From Convolutriloba macropyga (taxonomy: Eukaryota): a DNA stretch of 64,000 bases. The notes under the pieces were generated by a model. It was given only the letters and a program-made list of their open reading frames with translations, made no database searches and was not told the DNA's origin. Positions 25,960-38,400 of this stretch are shown piece after piece. The DNA lies in NCBI RefSeq assembly GCF_964194025.1, contig NC_134472.1, positions 70,246,001 through 70,310,000 on the forward strand, given 5' to 3'. How positions within the stretch are numbered: position 1 is the first letter of the stretch; each line of letters begins with the position of its first letter. The translations under genes were made by a program, and so were the position numbers.

Positions 25960-27500
25960 CATCTATTAAGCCCATTGGAAATTACAGTTCTTTATTGTGC
26001 CCAAGAACAAAACAGACATCAAGTTCGTGGATACCTTGAAGGAGCTACTCCGACAAATAGCCAGAAAAAAGCAACATGCAGAGTTTGCCATCTATGCTGC
26101 CATGCTATTTCCACATCTTATACTGCCCCGCACCGAGAAGAGCAACGACGGTTTTGTCAATAAGGCCATTAGCAGACGACTCGATGTGGAGACAGGGACA
26201 ATTAGATGACAACTTTTCTGAAAGCAAAGCCCTTCAGCTCCGACTACCAAAAGCTAGGAAGAACAATCAAAATGAAGTGCCCCACCTCAACCGCCTCATG
26301 TACCAAGGTAAAATCTCCAGCGCCATCCCGCAGCTAGAACCAGATCATAAAGGCGGAGTTCTATATCTCAGTCAGTCAAAAGGACCGTCCACTGTTCTAG
26401 ATGTTCTCAAAGGAAAGTGCAAGCGAAGCCGACCCCACACTGAAACTTCATGTCGAAAATCCTGGTCTTCCTTATCATGCTTCAGTCTGTGAAAAAATTA
26501 AGCACAGAAAAATTAGAACAAGCTGCATTGAATACCCATGGTATCCATAAACCCTCAGGTTTTGATGCCGAGGAATTGCGTCGTCTACTTACTGCATTTG
26601 ACGAATCCTCCACCAACCTTGAAAACTAAAGGAAAACTGGCATATGGAATTGCCATCAAAATTTTACCCCCACATCTTTTAGCGGCTCACAATGCCTGTC
26701 GTCTAAAGCCGCTTGACAATAACTCTGATGTCAGACCCATAGAAGAAATAGAAGTTTTGCGGAGAATGATCGGGCGATGTATTGTAGCGTAAGTCAAACA
26801 AGATATGCAAATTCTAGGAGGCAATGCTCAGGTGTCTTGGGCAAAAGTGCGGCATATAGTATGCCATTCACACGCTGAAGCTTTGCTTTATTGAAGACAA
26901 TGCCCTGCCTGTACAAAAGGCGGGTAAACTCACATTTGCAATAACGAAATCCGAAACACGTTCGCGAGCCTGATGAACAAGGTTTCTTATGGTGTCGATA
27001 TAGAGCCAAAGCTTCAGTCGCTTCAAGGAGAATCTTTTCGACATAAAAGCGCAAGCACTGACGACGACGCTCGACTGGACATTGAAGCTCGAATTGACTC
27101 TGGGAAACTCGATTTTCTAGGACTTCTGTCGATGTCAAAGTTTTCCACCCCTAACATCCTCATGCCCAGAAACCACTAAACATGTCTACTCATATCACGA
27201 ACAGCTTAAAAAAACTAAAATATGAGACCTGCATTATCGAATTTTAACACAGATCTTTCAATCATCTAGTTTTTACCTGCACTGGTGGTGCTGGCCACTC
27301 CGTCACCAAGTTCATGAAAAAGTTAGCCGACAAGAAAAGTGAACGATACTCAAACACCATCAACGTAATCCAAACCAAGGTAAATTTAGGTGTCCTGCGA
27401 AGCTGTCTGTATGTCTCAGGGGATGTAGAGCCCGCAAGAAGTCAAACACACCCGCTGATTTTTCTTTGTTTGCAATTGTTGAAGAAGGAAGGCTGCACGG
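25960..27500 (+). mobile_element. Internally deleted CRE-like (REL-endonuclease) non-LTR retrotransposon remnant
   Basis: QGKISSAI, PSGFDAEE, ACRLKPLDNNSDVRPI..EVLRRMIGRC, a knuckle remnant (CPACTKGG..NEIRNTFA), EPKLQSLQGE, DDARLDI and LVFTCTGGAG. The RT core is missing. Confidence 0.7.
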
Positions 27501-27874
27501 TTCATAATTCACTCGCCTCTATTTCTTGGTTCTATTATTTTTGGCTCCCTGCGATTTGTTTAACTAATTTTACTAGACAATGCTAAAAGCAGCTGTTTGA
27601 TTCAGCTTAGGTGAATGACCTTTGTTATAAATCCATAGTGTTTACCTTCTGTTTAACGATGTTATGAGCAACTACTTGATTTCTGAAATCTGCTGATGCT
27701 TCATTGTTTCTTAATTTACTTTTTATACATTTAACGAATTTTCAAGCGTCTTTGTTTTGAGCATCTTTGCAAATTTCGTACTAAATGCAAATAGTCAGGA
27801 GCCTAACCTCATTGATACCTGATAAACTGATTTAACTTTTTTCTTGCCTTCGCAACAATTTTTTCAAGATTGTA

Positions 27875-28783
27875 ATGAATCTTACAGCATTGGAGAACGT
27901 TTCAGTGCTTTCCAGCAGAGTTATAAGGATATTAGCTCAGAATCCGGGAGTCGGACCTTTACAAGGAACTAACACCTATTTGATTGGCACTGGCGCGAAT
28001 CGCATCCTAATTGATTCTGGCGACCATCCTAATGTCAATCCTGCCGCTAATATAGAGAAATATCATCAACTCCTTAATGAAAAACTTACATCAGTTAATT
28101 GTAAAATCGATACGTTGTTGTTAACGCACTGGCATTCTGACCATACAGGTGGTGTTGAAGGAATTATTAAAAGCAGTCTAGGATTGGTGTCCCATAATGT
28201 GAACATTAGAAAATTCAGATGCGGGAAAGCTGAAGATGAACGACTTCCGTTTCATAATAGTTATACATCGCATCTTGTCGACAGGGAAGTTATTGAAACA
28301 GAAGGCGCAACGCTAAGAGTTTTATATACACCGGGACACGCAACTGATCACGCTAGCTTTTACTTGGAAGAAGATGGAATCTTGTTCACAGGTGATTGCA
28401 TATTGGGTGAAACAAGCGCACTTGTTGAAAATCTGACCGATTATATGAAAACCTTAAATATTTACAAAACTCTTGATAAGCCGGTGAAGAAAATTTTCCC
28501 AGGGCATGGTCCCGTGGTTGAAAATGGAGCTGCAAAAGTTGAGGAGTATATACAGCACAGAATGAAGCGAGAGAATCAGATTTTGGAGTGCTTGAAGAAA
28601 GAGCCGATGTCTACAGATGAGCTGTTAGCATCAGTTTATGCGGGACTAAATGACAAGCTTAAGCCACTTGCATTGAAAAATATTGATGTGCATCTGGAGA
28701 AGTTGATCGACGAGAATATTGTTGAAGTACTGAGTAGAACCGAGCAACCACTGAAATATAAGATAGCTGATTGTAGACTTTGA
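27875..28783 (+). CDS. LACTB2: Endoribonuclease LACTB2 (metallo-beta-lactamase fold), intronless, 302 aa
   Basis: RILAQNPG.GPLQGTNTYLIGTG, THWHSDHTGG (HxHxDH), TPGHATDH, FTGDCILG, PGHG, YIQHRMKRENQI and a C-terminal winged-helix-like region. Confidence 0.93.
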   Translation: MNLTALENVSVLSSRVIRILAQNPGVGPLQGTNTYLIGTGANRILIDSGDHPNVNPAANIEKYHQLLNEKLTSVNCKIDTLLLTHWHSDHTGGVEGIIKSSLGLVSHNVNIRKFRCGKAEDERLPFHNSYTSHLVDREVIETEGATLRVLYTPGHATDHASFYLEEDGILFTGDCILGETSALVENLTDYMKTLNIYKTLDKPVKKIFPGHGPVVENGAAKVEEYIQHRMKRENQILECLKKEPMSTDELLASVYAGLNDKLKPLALKNIDVHLEKLIDENIVEVLSRTEQPLKYKIADCRL

Positions 28784-29136
28784 ACATGGTGCTTTTGGTA
28801 TCAGAAATTAAATATATCATTTTGATAGATTAATATATTTTTCGAATTTACTATACAGACAGCTTGTGTTTAACCCATTTAAGTTTATTATGGCTCTCGA
28901 ATCAGAAGCAATTATTGTAAACGTGTGTATTTTTATGCAAATTTTTTTGCTTGACCGTTTTGCGCTTTTCTTCTAGAATAGTCTTTGGCTTAAGTGACTT
29001 TCACGCACTTCTTGATTTTTGGGTGATTTCAATTGCTCTCACTCCGAAATAAAATTTGTTGTTGAACAAATCCGATATCTTTTCAAGATATGAAGGTTTT
29101 TATGGGATAGCTCCAGTGTAATTTCAGATAGTTGGG

Positions 29137-30027
29137 ATGACTTCAGATTCATCTTTACTCGAAATTGACCGCAATTTGAGTGCTGAAAACAGTGAACTGT
29201 ATGAATCAATATTGCAAAACCTTCAAACAAAAACTCCTACCTCGGAGGATCAGAACAGCAATGATGCGTTTTCAAAGAAAGTAATGCCTGCGGCGGGTTG
29301 TTGCATGAAGTGCAAGTCCAAACAGGGTGAAAAAGTCTTTGTCAACCTTTGCACTTCAGATTTGCTTCCGGATCCACCAGATGTAAGCGAAGATGAATTA
29401 GTTCAAATTTTGTCAACTGAGGATGCTCCTGAATTTCGAATGCCTATGAGCATTGGGGAACCTCACACGGAATTGGACAACGCTGGTAAAGGCTGTACGG
29501 TAATAGACGTGGTAGTGTCAAACGCCTTTTTCAAGCGATTGCAAGATCAAACTAAGCCAGTTTTAAATTCATTTTTCTGTACAGCTATGCTCGAAGGAAT
29601 ACAAGATAAATACAAGTTAGAACTTGAAAATGAAGTCAAGGTTCTTAAGCATAAGAAAGCTATGGGAACTATTCAAGAGCAACTTATTCGAACCAGAAGA
29701 TTTGTACGAGAAATGGGCGATACGTCATTGAAACCAGTTCCAGATATCCAAAATTTAATCAGCACTCCAGATGTTCCAAAATATACTTTTGTCAAGGAGC
29801 CACCAACAGGACCCGTTGAATTTTTAGTTGGTGAGATTTTGCTGCCTAAATGTGCCAGTTCTAAACAGATCTTGTTGGACGTTGGGGGCGACAGAATTGT
29901 GCTGGACTGTCGACCGTTTTATTTCATGGATGTTTTCTTTCCTTACGAATTTAGTGTTGATGACGTTGGTGCTCAGTTCAATGCAGATAAACGTATTATG
30001 AGTATTACGATACCTGTAAAAAGTTGA
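29137..30027 (+). CDS. PIH1D1: PIH1 domain-containing protein 1 (R2TP co-chaperone), intronless, 296 aa
   Basis: PAAGCCMKCK...EKVFVNLC (PIH1-N lysines), FRMPMSIGEPHTELDNAGKGC.VIDV and KHKKAMG; C-terminal CS domain AQFNADKRIMSITIPV. Confidence 0.9.
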   Translation: MTSDSSLLEIDRNLSAENSELYESILQNLQTKTPTSEDQNSNDAFSKKVMPAAGCCMKCKSKQGEKVFVNLCTSDLLPDPPDVSEDELVQILSTEDAPEFRMPMSIGEPHTELDNAGKGCTVIDVVVSNAFFKRLQDQTKPVLNSFFCTAMLEGIQDKYKLELENEVKVLKHKKAMGTIQEQLIRTRRFVREMGDTSLKPVPDIQNLISTPDVPKYTFVKEPPTGPVEFLVGEILLPKCASSKQILLDVGGDRIVLDCRPFYFMDVFFPYEFSVDDVGAQFNADKRIMSITIPVKS

Positions 30028-32271
30028 ATAAATTGTAGATAGTTTTGTTTCGTTCAAACTTTCCAACCCAGTTTTAGCGGTGATTTTACCAATTTTGAGA
30101 AAAATTTGTATAGGAAAGAAAGAATGAGAGTTGAACTTAAGAAGACTAAGAGAATCGATCTTTTGCGTTCACACCCATCAAATGATAATCAAGGTAAATG
30201 ATGTAATAAATTAAAACCTACCTTCGCCCTCGATGTTAATCTGTTCCGCTAAAATAACCGAATCCGACTTCATTAAAAAGCGGTGAACCAATTTTTGTGA
30301 AGACAAATTAGGCCTCAATTTCCGAGTCCTCAATAATTACCAAAAATAGATTTTGATATTGTATATCAAGCATTTCCTCAATTTCTGAACTAAACTTAGC
30401 TATCACCCTTCTAGCGGTATTTGTCAAATAATTTTTTCTTGTGAAAGTTTCTTGTGAAAGTTGCGAAATAAATCAAGTGTTTGCGCAATTTTGTACTCAA
30501 ATTGATGTTGTAACCAAAGCTATTTCACGGAAGTCTATTTCAGTGGAACAGATATTTTGATTGATTATCTGATTTTCGCAGAAAAGATATTTGCTTCTTT
30601 TTACTGTAGTTGACATCCAAAGTTTTTGAACGTATTTGAACACCCAAAGTACTTTGAGCGTGTCCTCATCTTCACGACTGTAACTACTACATTTTTTGAG
30701 GAAAAAATATTTTTGATTTTTTAATGACTTCTGAAACCAAAGTGAAATATATTTTCGTTTACAAAAACTTGCACTTTTGTGTACCTTAATTTTGTTTATT
30801 TGAACCTGTTATCAAAGCAACAAAAAACTGAGGAAGGTACTCTTGGTGGGGGGGGGGGGCAATAGAGAGGGGATAATTTCAGAGACGTATAATTTTAACC
30901 AAAGGCGCAACAAATGCAAGTAACGATCAATAATTCCTAACATTTTGTGAAAACAAATGTGTTCGATGCAAAAACCAATTACTACAGACTGGATTTTTAA
31001 TAAGATTTCACTAAATAAGCATTTTGATCTGTTTATACACGAAATACGAGACCAGAAACCAAATATATTAAAAAGTACCATAAAAAATGCAAAAATTGCC
31101 TCCTTTAATCTCTCGAAATAAAAAAAATTAATAACTATCAAATAAATCAAGGTTAAGTTTCAATTTTGGATTATTAAAAAATCGTGAACTGACACCGCTA
31201 AGATTAATTAACAGAAGAACTAAAACGACAACGAAAAGAGGTGAAAGTTGAAAATCTCTGATATCCCTTGAAAGCAAGTGATCTCAGTGCTTAAGATAAT
31301 TAGATTAGATAAGATTTGAAACAATCGAATCGATTGAATCATGCAATTTTTGGGAGCCAGTGAGGTCTGTGGTTCATGAGACTAAGATTTAGGACAACAA
31401 AAACTACCAAATTTATATCACGAACATTTAGAAGACAAATAGTCATATAATTCATTAGCTGCCCTTTGAGGAATTCAAAAATTTTTGCCGCATTAGAAAA
31501 TATCGATCACTTCTTTGACGAAATTGTTGAAAATCAAGATGAAAAACAGCAAAATCAGAAGTTGTTGCCGCTGTTCATTGCCGCACTTGAGAAAAAAGTC
31601 CTTCAAAGATATGCTCAAACTTTGTATTCTCACTCCATTCAAAATTAGTTTGAATAAATTTTGCGCCATAAAATTACTAGTCTTTTGCTCCTTCTTATAC
31701 ATGAGCTTGAGGAAAATTACCACTCTATTTTGAGTTTTGATTGACATCAAATAGTCGAAAACAGAGAGATCAAGTCTTAACAAAGACATCACCTCAATAA
31801 AATTCAGTTCCTTGAGTTTTAAGAAACCAACAGAAAGGATTAATATCTCCAATCAGCTATCGCAGCCGTTAAAATAAAATTATAAAATGTACATAAAATA
31901 TTAATAAAATGTGTATCTTTTGAGTATTGTTAACGAAGCTTGAAATGGTCTATCATGTTAAAAAAATTCGAAAAGTTAGCGCCTCAATGAAACCACTTTT
32001 GAATATCTCCCCAAAAGATATCAGTCGGCCAAATTCGACGTATCAAAAAAGGACTGGAATAAATTTCCTAGCCCCCATTTTATTGGGAGTTAGAGCAAAA
32101 ATATAACGTGAATTCGGGACACCGGGGCGGAATGCGTGAGCACTTGTACCCTCTTAAGTCAGGTGTCATTTTGAATAATTGTTTGATATGACTTTCAGTT
32201 TGTCCTTGCTAGTTGTTGTCGAAAAGAGGTCATGATTTGTTGTGAGCACATGCCGCAGAATAATTGTGACA

Positions 32272-32409
32272 ATGTCGTATCATAGTAGCACCTACTACCC
32301 CAGCAGCACTCTCAGTAGCCTGGGCGGTAGGGGAATTGGTGGAACTCGAACCTCCTCCGTCGGTTCCTCTACTTCTGCCGGCAGCTACACACGACACATA
32401 CCTAGTGAT
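32272..32409 (+). CDS. USP exon 1 (Ser/Gly-rich N-terminus)
   Basis: [12 protein letters not shown]...IPSD followed by donor GTTAGT; phase 0 fits exon 2. Confidence 0.7.
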
Positions 32410-35400
32410 GTTAGTTGATTAACTTCTCAAAGTTTTGGAAAGTTTATTATAGAAGCTTCCAACTTAACCCCCAATTAACAAAAGTTATACCACAAAACGG
32501 GTCTGTAATGGGAAAGGGTCTTAATTGCTTGGGACGATTAAAGGAATCTGAATATCATCATAATTAGTCTCTTTCTGTGTGTTTTACGGTTAATAAGACT
32601 GAAAAAATTTTCGTGTCCAATCGATGTAACTAGGTAATAGATGTAGGTTCTCAGACATGCCTGAGTATTGTTTATATTTTGACAGTTTCTTTTCTATTTG
32701 AAGTGGGCATTGTATTTATATTATGACAAGTTTTTTTCTATTTGAAGGAGTTTCGATTTCGATTGATGTTTCAGCGATCCTATACCTCCTCGAGCCGGAC
32801 CAGCTCCATACACGGGATGCATGGCCTTAACACTGGGCTATCTCGTTTATCCCTGGACCATGGCTCGAGAGAACGGGCGAGTTACGAGAAGGAAAAGGGG
32901 ACCTCTGGACTGGACAATCTGGGCAACACTTGCTTCATGAACTCAATTTTACAGTGTCTCATACACACACAGGCACTCAGGCAGAAGTAAGTTCAGGGAC
33001 ATTTCTTATCCACAGATATCATAACCATAAATGATTGATACTCTAACAATTTTATAGATATGTTATTGTTTGTAGTGATTTGGTACGTTGAATTCAGCCG
33101 AACGCATAGATAAGTCTCAAAAGACGGTTAGGTTTATTTCCTAAAGGAGTCTAAACAAATCAATTTTCATTTACAGCTGAAGAACGGAAAGTATGAGTAC
33201 ATGTTAAATTTAATGATAGGAAAGATTTTCGTCGAAATTTGAGAATTATGCCGGCAAATAGGTTGGATAAAACTTTAAGGTTTTTCGACTCCACTAGTGA
33301 ACAAAGCTGAAAATTTGGGTGTTTGTGTGGGTGTGCTTAGGTTTTAATGTCTGGTCAAATAACGGGAGAATTATGATACTCATTTAACTTAAATTTGTAT
33401 ACAGTATTGAGAAGTTTTCGCATTTTAAAGTTAATTGAAACCAGACAGTAAAGGTTTTAAAAACTTTGCTGTTAATTTCATTGCTGTTAATTCTACCTTC
33501 GAGGTTTTGTGGGTCTCTTATTAAAAGGAAGTATATGAAAGTTCAAAATTTCAGTGATGGAGTTATCGAATAACATGTCGGCTGATTTTCAAGTTGTTGA
33601 AGTGTACCTGGGAACGGGTCTAATTAATTAAATCGTTTCAAGTAAAGGTTCAATTGCCCTCAAACAAAGTATGTAACGATAATATGGGTCCTTTAAGATT
33701 TTTTCCGATCAGAAACCGAGTACTGCTTGTCTTCAATTTAAAAAAATCCCCGAGTGTCACTGGAACAGGATGTAAGTCAAAGCTGCACGTGAAAACAAGT
33801 GTTATGGCCAATCTTCTGAGCACAATTTAAAAGCAGTAGACAAAGAAATTTGTGTATTATTCTGAGCGAGAGCAAGAAAAGGTTCCGCCCAATTGATTTT
33901 TTACAACTAATTGTGCTTTGGGAGTAGTTTTGAGCATTACCTTTATAAGCATTACTGAACTTCTCCTTTTGCCGTTTTACTGTTAGACTTTCAATTTTTG
34001 TTTTATTCTCAGCTCTAATTAGTCTGTGCGAGGGTTTAATCATTTTTTTTGTAAAATTGATAATTAAATTTGACATTTTTGAATTTTTTATAGCTCAGAT
34101 GCTCTGAGCCGAACAGAGCTATATTGCGGCAATGTTTTTAATTGCTCTCAAACGAAAATTGTAGCAATTATATTAGTCCTGTCGGTCTTTTTTTATGCGA
34201 CGCATTATCGGTTTTTCGTCTGACGCTTTTGACTTTTCGTCCTCAAAAACGTGATAAACAAGTAGCGCCCAGCGGGCATTAAGTGGTATAGAGCCGTTCA
34301 AGCTCTGTTTCAGCTCAAACTGTTTTGGAGACTTATATTTATGGTGTGAAGGGCGGTTCTTAGAGGTTGAAGACACCCCGACTGTTGACCACCCCCCCCC
34401 CACTATTGACCCCCACCGCGCTGTTGCCCCTCGCCCCACTGTTGCCCCCCCGCCCTGTGGCTACTGATGAACAATCGATCGCTAAAAACACGCAATTTTT
34501 TTTTATAATTTTCACAATTTTTTTCAAGCTTTTTGAAAATGTTTTTCATTTTTGAGTTCTTTCAGCCCTAGGTGTCAAGGAACCTTCTCTAGGGTTTTCT
34601 GATAGGTTACTACATAGTTTATAGTGGTAGTAGAATGGTTTCAACATTTTAACATCACATAATTTTGCATTTTTTGACAAAACATGCAAATTTTTTCAAT
34701 TTTGACTTTTTATTATTCAGGTCTTTCCAGACGCAGGGGCCAGAAAACGTTCTTAAGGGTTTGATAATAAGTTACTGAAAAAAATTTATTCGCCATGGAA
34801 TAGCTTTCAATTTTTAATGTAAAAAAATTTGCATTTGATAAAACCTGCATTTTTTCAAGGTTCAATTTCAAAGGAACTCAAAAGTGTAATTAAAGTCTGA
34901 TGATTCTTTTACTACCTGAATTCTTGGAATTGACTTTTTCAATGACTTCAGTTACTACTGCTTTGCAGTTAAAATTTTGTGTGCGTGACGTCATTTCTGC
35001 TTTTAGGTCAATTGCGCGATTTGCCCCACTCAAAAAAATGACTTCTGAATTAACTTATGGAACTTTAAATGTTATGAACATTTACTAGATAAATATCAAT
35101 AGTGTGCATCTAAGTAGTGCCAAATTTAATGCCCTAATTCTTGGGTATTAGTCTTGAGTTTTTGATTTCGAATATCAATTTTGAAAAAGCTCTTTTGGGG
35201 CTTTTTCTTTATAGACCGTATGTGTCATAAAATTGAGTCCGAAGCTAACCCGAAAATTCTAATGGTCTATTAAAGGACTAGTGGTCGATCTGACTATCTT
35301 ATTTCTCTAGTTGTTTCAATTCATGGAAGACCACGAGCGTCTATCGCGGCTATTTTCCAGCAATCTGCAGGCTATGTTAGATGAATGTTTTTTACATAGC

Positions 35401-38400
35401 TTTTTGAGCGGCGCCGATAACTTTTTCAACTTAAAGTTATCTTTATCGATATTATACGGGACACAAGTCTATTTCGTAGCTGTTCTGGCACTCTCACGGC
35501 TATTTTTAATTGGTGAAATTAAAGCACCATTATTAAACTCAACTGTGTAAAAGAATCGAAATAAAAAGTTGTTCAGAAGTGATTGATGTCAACTCAATGG
35601 GCAATTTAATTCGTTCACTTACCTCTACAAAAGTTGAAGTTCGGCTGTAAATAAATCTCAATTTGAGCGTGATAAAATTGTAACAGTGGTGTTCGAGTAA
35701 GCATGCAGTTGTGATGAAGTTCCGACCGATAATTCGGAATTCTTGGTTGTCGAAAACGACTATGACCTTTCAGTGAACTCCGGGAAGTTTGCTCAGATAG
35801 TTGGCTGTCGTTGCCATTGGTGGCAAATAAAAAATTAATCGTGCACAAAAATTAATGATCTGCTTCACAAACAAGCAATTTGGAAATCGATAATACAGAA
35901 TAAAGAATAATGTGTGTTTTGCAAAGTTGGCTTTTTGATGTAAGTTCGTGGTTTTTCAGTTCTTCCGTCATTCTGATTTCATGATCAAATATCTGAGAGC
36001 AATGATCGGGTAGCTCTTGTTGAGACTGGATTTATTTTGTTTTCATAATTGAACCTCTTCTGGGGCATTTTTTTTACCAGCCGACTTCACAGTCCCTTGA
36101 TCAAGTAATCGTTAAAAGCTAAGAGTATAGAATTTCTTCTAGTATCGATAACAAATGATTTGCGGTGGCGTTCCATTCCTAACAATGGACATTGAGAAAC
36201 CGAGTACTCTATGATCAGATTCCTCTAGATTCAGGACTTCAAGGTGTCCGAGATACCTTTAGTCAATGTCCTGTTGCCTTGGTCTATTCAATGCCACTTA
36301 GTCGTAATTAAATGGTCCAATATACCAACGTATTATTGCGTAGAAACATTAGCATGCTGTAATATCCCGAACTCATCGAGAAAACAACGGTAATCGAGAG
36401 TGATGTCGGTAGAGGAAGAGATTGATATATTGATTTTGCCGAGAATCAAAATTTTAATCATTTTTTACATTAAAGATATATCACTGACAAAATGCGGTAT
36501 GTTTAATCTTGGCGGGCGATAAATAAGAGGCGTGCAGTTTTATTGTCGTGTATATTGCTCCTTTTGTTACTTTTCATCAAAAATTGCTCGAAATAAGCTT
36601 TAGTCCACTTTGATTAAATTTGCCGGAAGTGCACACAAACAACTAACACAATATTTTTTAAACTACTAAGGGAGGTAGTACTACTTTCGCTTCCATTGAG
36701 AGTAGTCTCAAATTATTGGCATTCGAAACATTTGGCTGTTCGCAATGGAAGAACAGCAATGGCAAGGCTGGTGCTGGTCCAATCTTGGACTGTTACAGTC
36801 CAAAATAGTTCGGATTGTAATCAGTCGGTCTTTTTAAAAAAATTGATCTTTTATGTTAATTAAAAAACAGAACAAATCAAATTCAAGCACACTGTTGATA
36901 GGTCCAATTGGCTTCCTAAGCAGTTTCAAGTTAATGTATCTAGTTTCTTTACTTGAAAGATTGTGGTCGGGTTAACTTTTAAAAGTGCTTGATTTCTCAA
37001 CTTGTAGCTTAGGTCAACTTGTAGCTTAGGTCAACTTGTAGCTTATTTGGTCAACTTGTAGCTTAGGTCAACTTGTAGCTTATTTGGTCAACTTGTAGCG
37101 TAGTGGGCAACTTGTAGCTTAGTGTCAGCAACGAAAGAATGCTTCGTCTTCCTCTTCTTTCTACTGATTTAAATTTGATCTTTTTGCGGTTTTACGCGTT
37201 AAGTTATGCTTTTCTGGCTCTGATACTACTAGATTTCACAATTTTTTTGATTTTTAGTCATTGAACCATTTTTCGTTTTTCTCGCTTTGTGACATTATCA
37301 CATTATTGACAGTTCAGATAAAACTTTATTGGTGTTACAAATAAGGCATAATTTAACATATAAAAGTTTTGAAGGCATGGAATATTCACGCCCCTTTTAG
37401 ACAACCCTTTCTCGAAGAATTTAATTGAAGTTTTTAGATTTGTCTTTAACTGTCGTTTTTACTTTGTCTTGTTGGTCATATGAAATTTCCTGGATAATCA
37501 CAGGTATCATTGGTTTTTTATTGAATAACAAATGAGCCTATATTCTGATATATCATGACAATTGTTTTCCAAAATAAAAAAAGCACTTCACATTTTTCTT
37601 TTTTTGTCTATGTGTTACATATTTTTGATAATTGCAGGTCATCTATGACATTATTTCTTTCAAGGGAAGGTGCAAGTGTGCAAAATCTAATGTTTTTAAA
37701 TAACTCGTTTTGATTTTACTGGCTTCAGCGCGGTTTTTCGCAAAAAAAATTAAACTAATGTTTGATTTTTGCCTATCTTTGGCAATCTGTTTATGGACGT
37801 AAAACGTATTCTGAATAATTACGGGTCTAGGGCGCTTCCTTTGAACGAAGAAACGAACCTATTTAGTTATTCCATTTTTTAGCTAATGGCTTTCATGACT
37901 TCGAAAATGATTGTTTTCGAAAAATACAGAATTATTACTAAATTTTGCCCTTTTCTCTCCTTTTTTTGTATAATTGTTACCTATTCTCATTAATGAGAGG
38001 TCGCATACCACATTATTGGCGTTCGAGGAAGGCTCAATTGAACTTACTTTGAGGGGCAAAATCACGGCTTCGACAGCGTTCTCGCAACTTTAATTTAGTT
38101 TTCGTTTTGTCTTTGTTGTTCTTTTTGTTACCGCGTAAAAAATGAATAATGACAGGTCTTAAAGGTTGGAGGCCATCTTTTTGTTCATTATTTTTTTTTG
38201 TTTTGAAAAGTACTTGAATTTTTGGTGGTTTTATATCTGTTCCTCATTTGGTTAGACTTTTATGCGAAGAATGTGGATGAGCGGAGTCGGAACTTAATAT
38301 GCGAACGCACATTACCGAGCCTCCTTGTTGCATTATGCGATTGATATCATTCTTTTCGTAGCTGTAGTGGACTTCTATAAAAGAAATAACTGCACACTTC

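Noticed and set aside
30124-30193. Alternative first coding exon of the USP gene
   Set aside because: The donor GTAAAT departs from the GTHAGT consensus, and phase 1 does not fit the phase-0 exon 2.
30812-31852. Short ORFs between PIH1D1 and the USP gene
   Set aside because: No recognisable motifs or splice structure; low-complexity AT-rich sequence.
37007-37122. CRISPR-like array
   Set aside because: There are no unique spacers and the context is eukaryotic; it is a simple minisatellite.
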